In this document: one piece after another, positions 37,827 through 50,812 of the stretch | How positions within the stretch are numbered: position 1 is the first letter of the stretch | How the letters are laid out: the number at the start of each line of letters is the position of its first letter | Virus record (IMG/VR): IMGVR_UViG_3300002835_000063 | Location: 1 to 64,000 of that record | From: a virus | Length of the DNA: 64,000 nucleotides | Strand: one strand, 5' to 3' | The notes under the pieces: generated by a model | What the model saw: the letters and a program-made list of their open reading frames with translations, nothing else | Told to the model about the DNA's origin: nothing | The model's database searches: none | Position numbers and translations under genes: made by a program

Positions 37827-38156
37827 TTACCTGATACTAGGCCCTCGGTGTTTTACTGGATATCTACGATAATTGCGCTTTCTAATGAGCTTTCGTTCAT
37901 GTTCTGTTGTTCCGCCCCAAACCCCAAGCTCGTTATTTTTTAGGGCATACTCCAAACACTCGCGAATTAGTGGACATTCTTGGCATACTTTTTTGGCCGA
38001 TTCTAGGTTTTGGTATTTGGCTGTAACCATTCCAAATCCCATGTCTATATCCATGGGAAAAAATATTTCGGGATCTGTTTGAGCACAAGCTGGATCGTCT
38101 TTTAAAACAAAAAGTGGGACGGTAATGCTTCTGGTAAGACGATTCTTTTGTGTCAT
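37827..38156 (-). CDS. whiB: WhiB family transcription factor
   Basis: CAQTDPEIFF...CQECP...C...GVWGG. Confidence 0.95.
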   Translation of the reverse strand: MTQKNRLTRSITVPLFVLKDDPACAQTDPEIFFPMDIDMGFGMVTAKYQNLESAKKVCQECPLIRECLEYALKNNELGVWGGTTEHERKLIRKRNYRRYPVKHRGPSIR

Positions 38157-38160
38157 TCAG

Positions 38161-38340
38161 TTATCCTCTGTTTGCGTTAAACCCCGTCCCTTTAAACGTA
38201 ATGGACGGAGCACTAAATTTACGTATCAGTTTAGTGCCACAGTCTGGTTTTGTGCAAATCGTACGGCGAGGATTTTCTGACATATTTCGAGTTTCTTCGT
38301 ACTCGTGGCCCCGCTCGCAAACATAAAGATAAGTTGGCAT
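38161..38340 (-). CDS. FmdB-family zinc-ribbon protein (59 aa)
   Basis: Hand translation MPTYLYVCERGH...CTKPDCG...ITFKGTGF. Confidence 0.8.
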   Translation of the reverse strand: MPTYLYVCERGHEYEETRNMSENPRRTICTKPDCGTKLIRKFSAPSITFKGTGFNANRG

Positions 38341-38349
38341 AAATTTATC

Positions 38350-38733
38350 CTAATTTGATGAATCTAAAAGCTCAAAGCCATTTTCTCTGTCTAAGTACTG
38401 CCACTGAATTTTTGTAATACCAAAAGTTTCAGCTAAGTGATCTAAAACTTTTAGATGATCAAGTTCACCGCATGTGTAGAGATCAAACTGAATAATCATT
38501 GGATCACGCTTTTCCCAAATGTGAAAAGCAATGTGTGACGTTTCAACTGAGATTGCAGCAGTTACACCTTCATTTCCTGGCATATCTACATACTTAGAAA
38601 TAGGACCAGCGGCAACTTTCATATCAATAAAGTCGACAAGGTCTTTCATCCAGACTTTTGCTTCTTCCTCGGTCTGGATTGGACGAGTAATTTCTGCCCT
38701 AACCATTAGGTGTAGGTGCTTGAGTTCTTTCAT
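38350..38733 (-). CDS. speD: S-adenosylmethionine decarboxylase proenzyme
   Basis: GVTA...ETSHIAFHIW...FDLYTCG; start moved to the ATG at 38733 (AGGAG). Confidence 0.85.
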   Translation of the reverse strand: MKELKHLHLMVRAEITRPIQTEEEAKVWMKDLVDFIDMKVAAGPISKYVDMPGNEGVTAAISVETSHIAFHIWEKRDPMIIQFDLYTCGELDHLKVLDHLAETFGITKIQWQYLDRENGFELLDSSN

Positions 38734-38758
38734 GGGCTCTCCTAACCAGTAAATGTTA

Positions 38759-41804
<3,046 letters not shown>

Positions 41805-41832
<28 letters not shown>

Positions 41833-42221
41833 AGTAGATCTAGCCTCTCTTTTACTTGTTCTACGTCGTCTGGTGTTCCTGTAATTTCTACACGATACAG
41901 CAAAGGAACGCCAGTTTTTGCTGAAATCATCTCGGCGGCTTTACAGTAGTGCTCTCCAAAATTGGTGTTACCAGTTCCGACAACACCACGTAACAAATCC
42001 CTATTAGGTTTAAAGTTAAGAAACTTTCTAACCTGTTTAGGTACTGTGTGATTATCGTTCCCGCCGCCGTAGGTGGGAACAATTAGCACATATGGCTTGT
42101 AGGCCATAAATTGCCCTTCGCCCTCCCATCGAATTGGAATCCGACGAGCAGGCAATCCTAACTTCTCAACAAACCGATGGGTATTGTTTGAGACGTTGGA
42201 AAAATAAATAATTTCATACAC
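41805..42221 (-). CDS. nrdI: Flavodoxin-like NrdI
   Basis: [25 protein letters not shown]. Confidence 0.96.
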
Positions 42222-42222
42222 T

Positions 42223-42441
42223 TTATGAAAGTGTAGCTAGTTTGTCTGGCCTAAAGCCACTCCAGTGATCATCTCCGGCCACAACTACGGGCGCAGCCGT
42301 GTATCCGAGCTCTCTAACCATAGCCAAAGCTTCTTGATCAGCACTTAAATCAATTTCTTGATATTGAATTTCATTTTTGGTCAACAACCTCTTAGTGCTA
42401 TCGCATTGAACGCAGGCTGGAAGAGTGTATACAGTGACCAT
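42223..42441 (-). CDS. nrdH: Glutaredoxin-like NrdH
   Basis: CVQC, WSGFRPD. Confidence 0.96.
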   Translation of the reverse strand: MVTVYTLPACVQCDSTKRLLTKNEIQYQEIDLSADQEALAMVRELGYTAAPVVVAGDDHWSGFRPDKLATLS

Positions 42442-42544
42442 TTTTGAAATGCCTTTCAGTGGTAGAGACGGAAAATCCTGACGAAAACATTATCCGCCAG
42501 GACGATTGGATAACTAGTATAGAACAAAATCTAGTGATTGATTT

Positions 42545-42772
42545 TTATTCTGAATCTAATAGTAGTGCTTCCATAATATTTTTGCAAGTTGGACATACTG
42601 GAAATTTTTTAGGATCTCTGGAAGGAACAAAAAGTTTTCCGCAGATCGCTAAAACTGTTTTACCAGTTACATACCCCTCAGTGACAGACACAGCGTCAGC
42701 ATAATGAGCGTATCTAGGCTCGCCGGAATCGGTCACTAAATCTTCGGTTTTTTCTTCGGTATGTACAGACAT
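42545..42772 (-). CDS. DUF3039-family protein
   Basis: AHY...AICGKLFVPSRDPKKFPVCPTC. Confidence 0.8.
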   Translation of the reverse strand: MSVHTEEKTEDLVTDSGEPRYAHYADAVSVTEGYVTGKTVLAICGKLFVPSRDPKKFPVCPTCKNIMEALLLDSE

Positions 42773-42854
42773 ACTACAAGTATACCTTCCACATCACTAA
42801 AGCTTAGATACGGTAAAATAAGACTAATCTGACTCTCCCGCCGAAAGACTGTAA

Positions 42855-43217
42855 ATGAGCGCCCCAGCCGGTTTATATAACATAGTGGCCGATCAAGGCT
42901 CAACGCTTTCGCGCATTATTTATTACAAAGATCCAGCTAAGAAGCCAATCAAATTTAATGGATATACAGCCCGTATGCAAGTCAGACCATCTGTAGATAG
43001 CTCTAACGTAATTTTGGAACTTACTACCGAAAACGGCGGTATCGAACTTGGCGCAACAGACGGAAGTATTTCTTTGTACGTAGAAGACACAACCATGATT
43101 ACGATTCCCGAAGGAATCTATGTTTACGATTTAGAGCTCATTGCCCCGTCAGCCAATTTGTTTGTGTACAAAATTCTTCAAGGCAACTTTGCAGTTAGGT
43201 CGGAGGTAACCAGATAA
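42855..43217 (+). CDS. Putative fibre adaptor/structural protein; paralog of 57954-58331
   Basis: DQGST...GYTARMQVR...YVYDLE...QGNFAVRSEVT. Confidence 0.65.
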   Translation: MSAPAGLYNIVADQGSTLSRIIYYKDPAKKPIKFNGYTARMQVRPSVDSSNVILELTTENGGIELGATDGSISLYVEDTTMITIPEGIYVYDLELIAPSANLFVYKILQGNFAVRSEVTR

Positions 43218-43924
43218 TGGCAGGATACACAGTTAGTTCGGTTACTTCAGGTAAGTACGCAAGACAAATTTCTGTTGCAGCCTCTGGTCCACAAGGAGCT
43301 CAGGGCCCAACAGGTCCGGCAGGCTCGGCTGGAGCAACAGGCCCCACAGGCCCCACGGGAGCTCAAGGATCCGCGGGGGCTGGCCTCAGTGCTACTTACA
43401 AATTTAATAATACTACTTCTGCTTCTAACCCAGGCGGCGGCTATTTAGCATTCAATGCTTCCGATCTTTCCTCTGCTACCAGGCTGTATATTTCAACTAC
43501 CGACTCTTCGTTAGATGCGCAAACAGGACTGTTGTCTGCTATGACTCAGTCTACTAACACTTACAAATCAATTATTACAGTCCAGTCAACCACTAATCAA
43601 AGAAATTTTATTAGGTTTTACGTCAGATCTGTGACCGACGAGTCGGGCTGGAAAAACTTTTTGCTGGTTCACTTAGATGGAACGGTTACGTCTTTTACAT
43701 ACAACCAAGCCCTTTCTTTGTTGGTTGCACCCATTGGTGATGCTGGCACTATAGCCAATTTTGAGGACCTAAATGACGTAGACTTTAACACTCCGTTAGA
43801 TGGAGATGTCGTAGTTTACGACCAAGCAAATTCTATGTGGACCAATGTCGCTTCTAGTCAGCTAAACATATCGGGTCAAAATATTTCAGGTACAATTGAG
43901 GGGGGAAGCGCCAATACCTTTTAG
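43217..43924 (+). CDS. Structural protein with a short collagen-like segment
   Basis: About 11 Gly-X-Y triplets; LNDVD...GDVVVYD...W repeat. Confidence 0.65.
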   Translation: MAGYTVSSVTSGKYARQISVAASGPQGAQGPTGPAGSAGATGPTGPTGAQGSAGAGLSATYKFNNTTSASNPGGGYLAFNASDLSSATRLYISTTDSSLDAQTGLLSAMTQSTNTYKSIITVQSTTNQRNFIRFYVRSVTDESGWKNFLLVHLDGTVTSFTYNQALSLLVAPIGDAGTIANFEDLNDVDFNTPLDGDVVVYDQANSMWTNVASSQLNISGQNISGTIEGGSANTF

Positions 43925-43943
43925 TTGAGGATAGAGCAAAAAT

Positions 43944-44306
43944 ATGGCAGTACAAATACAACTCAGGAACGACACGGCCGCTAACTGGACGTCTGTAAAT
44001 CCAACGCTCGCCCAAGGTGAGGTTGGCATCGAGCGCGACACCGGCCTCATGAAGATTGGCGACGGAGCTACCGACTGGGATAATCTTGTTTATTCATCTA
44101 TAGACACCACACAAGTTTCTTACACGCATACTCAAAGCGCTGTAAGTAATAACTGGGTAATAGCTCATAACTTGGGATATTACCCAAATATTCAAATCTT
44201 CGACTCTGGAGACAACATGGTCGAGGGCAACGTAACACACTCAAACAATGTTTCCTTGACGGTCACCTTTTCGGCGGGCCTGACCGGAACAGCTTACCTC
44301 TCCTAG
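43944..44306 (+). CDS. Fibre-associated protein with an Mtd/hyaluronidase N-terminal-like domain
   Basis: QLRNDTAANWTSVNPTLAQGEVGIERDTG..KIGDG; HNLGYYP. Confidence 0.7.
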   Translation: MAVQIQLRNDTAANWTSVNPTLAQGEVGIERDTGLMKIGDGATDWDNLVYSSIDTTQVSYTHTQSAVSNNWVIAHNLGYYPNIQIFDSGDNMVEGNVTHSNNVSLTVTFSAGLTGTAYLS

Positions 44307-44320
44307 AAAGAAAAACCTAA

Positions 44321-46063
44321 ATGGCAAAGCAATTCCTGACAGGTCTGAACCTAAATAAGAACGAGCTGCTCAATGCCAGGATTCAAAACCTGACAACTGC
44401 TCCAGCGTCGCCCGTCTCCGGTCAGATCTACTACAACTCAACAGAGGGAACCCTCTATTACTACAACGGCACGAGCTGGCTAGCTCTTGCTCAGGGTGGT
44501 GACGTAAGCGGCGCAATTAACAACGCGATTGCTAACGCAACTACCGACGACATCGACGAAGGTGCTAATAATCTCTATTACACCACCTCTCGTGCTCAAG
44601 AAGATGCAGCTAGTCTTCTAACTAGTGCAACCCTATCTAACATCACAATTACAGGTAATGCTGTAACTGGACTAACCATCACCGCCGAAAACGGTGTAGA
44701 TGATGCCACCACTGATGACCTAGACGAGGGCACCACAAACAAGTACTTCACTGACCTCCGTGCTCAGGAAGCCGCAGCTAACCTTCTAACCAGTGCTACT
44801 CAGACCAACATCAGCATTACTGGTAATGCTATTGCCGGTCTTACAATCACTGCAGAAAATGGTGTAGCCGACTCTACCACTGATGACCTAGTAGAAGGTT
44901 CAAACAACCTCTACTACACCGATGCAAGAGCACGTGATGCTGTAAGCGCTGGAGATAACTCCCTTACTTACAACGCAGTATCTGGTGCATTCACTGCCAA
45001 CACCTCAACCCTTGCAACGGTTTCTTATGTAGACCAAGAAATCTCTGATGTAAACAACACCATTGATGCACTGACTACTTCTGACATCGCCGAGGGAACT
45101 AATGAGTACTTTACTCAAGACCGTGCTCGTCAGTCAATTAGCGCCGGAGACAACTCTCTTACTTACAACGCAGTATCTGGTGTTCTAACTGCCAACACTT
45201 CAACCCTTGCAACTGTAAGCTACGTTAACTCGGTTGTTGAAGGTCTTCACATTCACGCATCTGCTGTGGCTGCAACCACCGGAAACATTAGCATCTCTAA
45301 TGACCTAGAAGTCGGAGATGTTATTGACGGCGTTACCCTTGCTTCAGGCGACCGTGTTCTTGTCAAGAACCAGAACACCGCGTCTGAAAATGGTATTTAC
45401 GTAGTTCAGCCATCTGGTGCAGCTATTCGCGCAGCTGACTTTGACCAGCCAGCAGAGGTTGACGGTGGTGACTTTATCTTCGTAACCGGAGGTACCATCA
45501 ATGACAACACTGGTTGGGTACAGACATCTACCGGTGTAGTAACAATTGGAACTGACCCAATTTACTTCACTCAGTTCTCTGGTTCAGGCACTTTCACCGC
45601 AGGTAATGGTCTAACTCTAGACGGAACCCAGTTCAACGTAGGTGGCACTGCAGATCGCATTACCGTAACTGCTGACGCTGTTGACATTTCTGCCAGCTAC
45701 GTCGGTCAAAGCTCAATTACCACGGTTGGAACTATTAGTACTGGTACATGGCAAGGCAACACGGTTGCTATTGCTTATGGTGGTACTGGTGCAACCACCG
45801 CTGCAGGTGCTCGCTCAAACCTTGGTGCAACTACCAAATATGCAGCTAGCAACACTCTTTTAGAGCCAACTAGCAACGTAGTTACTTGGGCCATTACTCA
45901 CAACCTAAACACCTCGGACGTGTCTGTTCAGATTCGTGACCTAGGCACCAACGCCGAGGTATTTGTAGACGTGGCAATCACCAACGCAAATACCGTAACC
46001 CTATCGTGGAACTCTTCTGCCAACGTAGCTGCTGACAGCTACCGAGCAGTAGTGGTCGGATAA
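44321..46063 (+). CDS. Tail/head fibre protein
   Basis: TTDDLxEGxxNxYxT repeats; GDRVLVKNQ..ENGIY domain. Confidence 0.75.
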   Translation: MAKQFLTGLNLNKNELLNARIQNLTTAPASPVSGQIYYNSTEGTLYYYNGTSWLALAQGGDVSGAINNAIANATTDDIDEGANNLYYTTSRAQEDAASLLTSATLSNITITGNAVTGLTITAENGVDDATTDDLDEGTTNKYFTDLRAQEAAANLLTSATQTNISITGNAIAGLTITAENGVADSTTDDLVEGSNNLYYTDARARDAVSAGDNSLTYNAVSGAFTANTSTLATVSYVDQEISDVNNTIDALTTSDIAEGTNEYFTQDRARQSISAGDNSLTYNAVSGVLTANTSTLATVSYVNSVVEGLHIHASAVAATTGNISISNDLEVGDVIDGVTLASGDRVLVKNQNTASENGIYVVQPSGAAIRAADFDQPAEVDGGDFIFVTGGTINDNTGWVQTSTGVVTIGTDPIYFTQFSGSGTFTAGNGLTLDGTQFNVGGTADRITVTADAVDISASYVGQSSITTVGTISTGTWQGNTVAIAYGGTGATTAAGARSNLGATTKYAASNTLLEPTSNVVTWAITHNLNTSDVSVQIRDLGTNAEVFVDVAITNANTVTLSWNSSANVAADSYRAVVVG

Positions 46064-46098
46064 TTACAGTAAAATAGAACGAAAGAAAGAGGTCACCG

Positions 46099-46326
46099 GT
46101 GTCTATTAAGTTTTTAGCGCCAATTAACGTAGTCCAAGGAACTTCATTCCCTGTGACGGCATACACCGGTGACCTTTTCTTTCGATCAGACTTAGGATCC
46201 ATGTATACCTACGACGGGAACGCGTGGGTCTCAATGACAGCAGCAGACGTCACTAACGTGGATGGCGGAAACGCATCAAGCTCATACAACATTAATTACG
46301 ACGGTGGCGGACCGTCTACTTTTTAG
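46099..46326 (+). CDS. Small structural protein
   Basis: GDLFFRSD...YTYDGNAW; DGG tail. Confidence 0.6.
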   Translation: MSIKFLAPINVVQGTSFPVTAYTGDLFFRSDLGSMYTYDGNAWVSMTAADVTNVDGGNASSSYNINYDGGGPSTF

Positions 46327-46345
46327 GATATAAGGAAATAAGACA

Positions 46346-48568
46346 ATGGCAGTCAGAATTCAGTTTAGGCGCGGAACAGCCGCAGAGTGGGTAGCCGCCA
46401 ATCCGACGCTGGCAGTAGGAGAGCTTGGTCACGAGACCGATACCGGCCAGTTTAAGATCGGTAACGGATCAGCCGACTGGGCAAACCTTGTCTACTCTTC
46501 TGTGAGTGAATCATATGTCGATAATGCTATTGCAAATATAATTGACCTTGCTCCAGCAACTCTTGACACTCTAAATGAGCTAGCAGCAGCACTCGGGGAC
46601 GACCCAGACTTTTTTAATACCGTTGCCAACAATCTAACCGCCCACATCTCAGACACAAGCGTTCACGGGATAGAAAATACTTTAGAACTTGCAACTAGTA
46701 CTGATGTAGCAAACATTTTGGGACAACACTCAGGATCAACAGTTAACGTTCATGGAATTGCAAATACTGCTGAACTAGTACTAAATTCACAACTAGCAGA
46801 CTACACCACTACCGCCAATTTAGTCAATACTTATGCTACTATTGCATCTCTAGCAGACTATGCAACCACAGCAAACGCAGTTTTAACCACTCCAAGTATC
46901 AATGACGCTACTATCAATAATGTTTCTGTAGTTGGAACTGTTACTCTGCCAGATACCACTTCTATTGGAGGTGTTAGTGCTACTGAAATATCATATTTAA
47001 ACAATGTAAGTTCTAGTATTCAAAATCAGCTAAACGATAAAGCACCAACTGACAATGCAATTTTCACTGGAAATATTTCTCTGCCAGCGACAACATCTAT
47101 TGGAGATGTAAGCGCCACCGAAATTGGATATCTAGACAACGTAAGTTCAAATATTCAGGTTCAGTTGGATGCTAAGGCCCCAACAGCTAATGCTAGCTTC
47201 ACCGGATCTATTGCCTTGCCAGCTACTACATCTATTGGAGACATTAGCTCTGCTGAAATTGGATATCTAGATAACGTAAGTTCCAATATTCAAGCTCAGT
47301 TGGATGCCAAGCTTTCCACTTCTTCAGCTGCTAGCATTTACGCCCCACTATCTGACCCAACATTTATTAGCACTGTTACCCTGCCAGCTAATACTACGAT
47401 TGGTTTAGTTACCGGTACAGAAATCGGATATTTAGATAACGTAACTTCTAATATTCAGACTCAGCTGGATGCAAAGGCCCCGACAGCCAACCCCACCTTT
47501 ACAGGCACCGTTTCTGGTATTACAGCAACAATGGTTGGACTTGGAAGCGTTGACAATACCGCTGATTTAGACAAGCCAATTTCTAACGCAACTCAGAGTG
47601 CTCTTGATGCCAAGCTAAGCCTAAGCGGCGGAACAATGACTGGCAAGATTACTCTTGACGGAGATCCATCACAGGCACTGCACGCTGCTACTAAGCAGTA
47701 TGTAGACAATCTTGCAGCCGGTCTCCACATCCACGAGGCCGCTCACGCAGCGACTACCGACACACTGGCAAACTTAATAGCTTCAACTGTTACATATGAC
47801 AATGGAACTGATGGAGTTGGAGCTACCCTAAGCTTGGGAGCAAACCTAACTACACTTGATGGCCACACACTAAACAATGGTGACAGAATTTTGGTTAAGA
47901 ACCAAGCAAACGCTGCTCACAACGGTATTTATGTTCGCACTTCGGCCACCCTACTAACCAGAGCTGATGACTTCAACAGCGCCGCCGAGATTGCTGGTGG
48001 AGATCTAGTATTCGTAGAAAATGGAACTCTCTACAACAGCACTGCCTGGGTAGTCGAGAACGAAGTAAGTACTGTAGGAACTGATGACATTCTTTGGGCT
48101 CAGTTCTCTGGAGCTGGAACGGTTACTGCTGGAACCAATATTCAGGTAGACGGTCTTCAAGTTTCGGTAATTTCTAACCCAACTTTTGCAAACGTTGTAA
48201 CGGCAAGCAGCGGTGTTGCTTTCTCAGATGGAACTCAGACCAAACAGGGTGTCCCCTCAATAACGGTAATTAGCCCTAAGAGTGGTTCCTACACCTTAGC
48301 AAGCTTAGACGAGCGCGACACAATCATTGAGATCAGCAATACAAGTGCTACCACACTCACTATTCCACTTGATTCGACCCTAAACTTCCCGGTTGGAACC
48401 ACATTGGACATCATCCAAACCAACACCGGGCAAGTGACCATAGCTGGCGAGGGTGGAGTAACCGTAAACGCCACCCCAGGCCTAAAACTAAGGGCCCGCT
48501 GGTCATCTGCTACACTATTAAAGCGAGCAGCAAACACTTGGCTGGTATACGGCGACCTGAGCGCTTAA
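46346..48568 (+). CDS. Long fibre protein
   Basis: Mtd-N-like start, APATLDTLNELAAALGDD, four EIxYLxNV repeats, GDRILVKNQ domain. Confidence 0.8.
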   Translation: MAVRIQFRRGTAAEWVAANPTLAVGELGHETDTGQFKIGNGSADWANLVYSSVSESYVDNAIANIIDLAPATLDTLNELAAALGDDPDFFNTVANNLTAHISDTSVHGIENTLELATSTDVANILGQHSGSTVNVHGIANTAELVLNSQLADYTTTANLVNTYATIASLADYATTANAVLTTPSINDATINNVSVVGTVTLPDTTSIGGVSATEISYLNNVSSSIQNQLNDKAPTDNAIFTGNISLPATTSIGDVSATEIGYLDNVSSNIQVQLDAKAPTANASFTGSIALPATTSIGDISSAEIGYLDNVSSNIQAQLDAKLSTSSAASIYAPLSDPTFISTVTLPANTTIGLVTGTEIGYLDNVTSNIQTQLDAKAPTANPTFTGTVSGITATMVGLGSVDNTADLDKPISNATQSALDAKLSLSGGTMTGKITLDGDPSQALHAATKQYVDNLAAGLHIHEAAHAATTDTLANLIASTVTYDNGTDGVGATLSLGANLTTLDGHTLNNGDRILVKNQANAAHNGIYVRTSATLLTRADDFNSAAEIAGGDLVFVENGTLYNSTAWVVENEVSTVGTDDILWAQFSGAGTVTAGTNIQVDGLQVSVISNPTFANVVTASSGVAFSDGTQTKQGVPSITVISPKSGSYTLASLDERDTIIEISNTSATTLTIPLDSTLNFPVGTTLDIIQTNTGQVTIAGEGGVTVNATPGLKLRARWSSATLLKRAANTWLVYGDLSA

Positions 48569-48583
48569 TTAGGAGAGAATTAA

Positions 48584-49960
48584 ATGAGCAAGAGAGCTGG
48601 AAGAAAGTCTCAGGCTTCTAATGACTTTTTAGAGCCAAAAGCCCCGATTAACGTATCTGCTACGGACGTTGGAACTGCCCGTGCCTACAATGATGGCGCT
48701 GCTAGCGTTTCTTTCGAGTTACCAGGAGACTCGCCAGCCGCTACTTCTTATGAAGTTAAAGCATATAAAAATGGAACCACTCTCGACACTACCGCAACTG
48801 GAACAACGGGGGCAAGCTCTCCTATCACAGTTGGCGGGCTAGATTCTGCCACTGGATATACTTTTACAGTATCTGCAACTAACGCTGCTGGCACATCGGC
48901 AGATTCAGCCGCATCTGCTTCTGTAACCATTACAACCGTCCCACAGGCTCCGCAAAGCCCATCAGCCACTTCTACAACTGCTAATCAAGACATCATCTCT
49001 TGGTCAAACGGTGCTAATGGTGGGAAAGCCATAACTAGCACATATTTTGTGTCAAGTGACCAGACCACAAATCCAGGCAACGTAACCATGACCACCAACC
49101 CATGGACTGAGCCAGAAAACGGTGGTTCAACGCAGAACTATACTCTGTATCACGTAAACGATAATGGAACCTCAGCAGGCGCTTCTACCGCTAACGTAAC
49201 TACGATTGCACCATTCTTCCCACCATTCTTCCCACCGTTCTTCCCATTCTTCCCGCCTTTCTTCCCGTTCTTCCCACCGTTCTTCCCACCGTTCTTCCCA
49301 CCATTCTTCCCACCATTCTTCCCGTTCTTCCCACCTTTCTTCCCACCGTTCTTCCCGCCATTCTTCCCACCATTCTTCCCACCGTTCTTCCCACCGATGT
49401 TCCCATTCTTCCCACCGTTCTTCCCACCGTTCTTCCCACCGATGTTCCCATTCTTCCCACCGTTCTTCCCACCTAGATTCCTATGTATTGAAGAAAACAC
49501 AATGATCTTGACACCTAGAGGAGAGATCGCGGCTAAGGATCTTCGAGCAGGAGATACGGTATTGTCAATAGCAATTAATGAGATTGGCAATAACTCTGTT
49601 ACCCCAATTGAATTCACTGTTGGTGCAACTTTGACGAGCACATCGCAGCTAGTCGAGACAAAGATTGTTGGAATTCTAGAGACCGTAAAGACCGGAATAA
49701 CTTACTTCAACGGTAGGTCAGAGGCCAGATATTCTAGCCAGCAGCCACTGTTTGTTAAGTCTGATGGAGAATTCCAGGTAAAGATTGTTTCTAACATTAA
49801 GCTTGGAGATGCTCTCCTGCTGATTAATCCAGATGGAACATACACCGAAGAAGAGGTAACCGAAATTACTCTAGTTTCGGAGCCGGCCAATGTATTCCAA
49901 TTCTCCTGCGAGCCATATCACTGGTTTATAGCTGGTGGCTACTTGGCCCACAATAAGTAA
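48584..49960 (+). CDS. FN3 domains + 88 aa Pro/Phe repeat + C-terminal Hint (intein-like) domain
   Basis: FN3 motifs; PPFF tract at aa 210-297; C301 IEENTMILTPRGEIAAKDLRAGDTVLS...GYLAHNK. Confidence 0.85.
   Translation: MSKRAGRKSQASNDFLEPKAPINVSATDVGTARAYNDGAASVSFELPGDSPAATSYEVKAYKNGTTLDTTATGTTGASSPITVGGLDSATGYTFTVSATNAAGTSADSAASASVTITTVPQAPQSPSATSTTANQDIISWSNGANGGKAITSTYFVSSDQTTNPGNVTMTTNPWTEPENGGSTQNYTLYHVNDNGTSAGASTANVTTIAPFFPPFFPPFFPFFPPFFPFFPPFFPPFFPPFFPPFFPFFPPFFPPFFPPFFPPFFPPFFPPMFPFFPPFFPPFFPPMFPFFPPFFPPRFLCIEENTMILTPRGEIAAKDLRAGDTVLSIAINEIGNNSVTPIEFTVGATLTSTSQLVETKIVGILETVKTGITYFNGRSEARYSSQQPLFVKSDGEFQVKIVSNIKLGDALLLINPDGTYTEEEVTEITLVSEPANVFQFSCEPYHWFIAGGYLAHNK
49211..49474 (+). repeat. 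(CCN CCN TTC TTC)n coding repeat (PPFF/PFF)
   Basis: 12-nt and 9-nt units with synonymous Pro codon variation. Confidence 0.95.
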
Positions 49961-49972
49961 AAGCAGTACTAC

Positions 49973-50017
49973 TAAACTACCCCCCTTATGATTAGTAAGG
50001 GGGGGTGTTTATTTTTT
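49973..50017 (+). terminator. Intrinsic terminator
   Basis: ACCCCCCTTA/TAAGGGGGG(G)T stem plus T run. Confidence 0.75.
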
Positions 50018-50066
50018 AACTTTAATCACTATAATTGAATAGAGTGGTTTAACAGAAAGAATTTAT

Positions 50067-50801
50067 ATGAATACTTGGTTCACAAAAGACAGATCAGAGA
50101 CTGACTCTAATCGAATGCCCCCAAGACCACTGGGCCAAAAAATACAAGTATTAAACCCTGCCTTAGGGATAAATGTATATCGTGGCGCAATAACAAAAGA
50201 AGAGGGCAGGGCTTGCGTAGACATTTTAGAGTCAACCTTAAATGGCCAAACTCAATACAAATGGAGTGATGCTCAAGTTACAAATTCTTCAAAGGCTAAC
50301 CTAGAAGCAAGAAATGCCAAAGATTTTAAATTTAATTCGACTGGCCTAGGGCCAAAAAATGAAGAAAATGAAAAATTATATGAAATGCACGAAAAAATTT
50401 TTAGGGCAGTAAAAGCATGTGTAGATGATTATGGTTATTACTGGGGCGTTGGGATAATGTCATATGAGGCTTTTAACTTTGTTAAGTATGAAGGAGCCGG
50501 GACCCACTTTAAAATTCACGCAGATCATGGCCCAACATATGTAACTACGGTGTCTATTGTCGTGTATCTCAACGATGATTATGAGGGGGGAGAACTTTGG
50601 TTTCCCCGATTTGATTTAACCCTAAAACCACAAGCTGGAGATATAGCAGTTTTTCCGTCAACATACATCTACGAACACGCTTCGCAGGACATGATTAGTG
50701 GGACTAAGTATTCTGTTGTCATTATGAGCGACTATAATGACAGAGATAATGTAAACCAAAGAGTGCCTCAAACCATTCAAAATTATCAACTTAAGTACTA
50801 G
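50067..50801 (+). CDS. 2OG-Fe(II) oxygenase (P4H-like)
   Basis: HAD...YLNDDYEGGEL...HAS...KYS. Confidence 0.9.
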   Translation: MNTWFTKDRSETDSNRMPPRPLGQKIQVLNPALGINVYRGAITKEEGRACVDILESTLNGQTQYKWSDAQVTNSSKANLEARNAKDFKFNSTGLGPKNEENEKLYEMHEKIFRAVKACVDDYGYYWGVGIMSYEAFNFVKYEGAGTHFKIHADHGPTYVTTVSIVVYLNDDYEGGELWFPRFDLTLKPQAGDIAVFPSTYIYEHASQDMISGTKYSVVIMSDYNDRDNVNQRVPQTIQNYQLKY

Positions 50802-50812
50802 AAAGAGCCAAA

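Noticed and set aside
43944-48568. Diversity-generating retroelement suggested by Mtd-like N-termini
   Set aside because: No reverse transcriptase or adenine-variant TR/VR pair seen in the window
49211-49474. Possible CRISPR array or assembly artefact
   Set aside because: No spacers or cas genes; units vary at wobble positions and stay in frame, and a second independent tract exists
49150-49641. Alternative-frame ORFs over the PPFF repeat (GGKN, GRTV, HSSH repeats)
   Set aside because: They are open only because the repeat lacks stops; variation is synonymous in the PPFF frame
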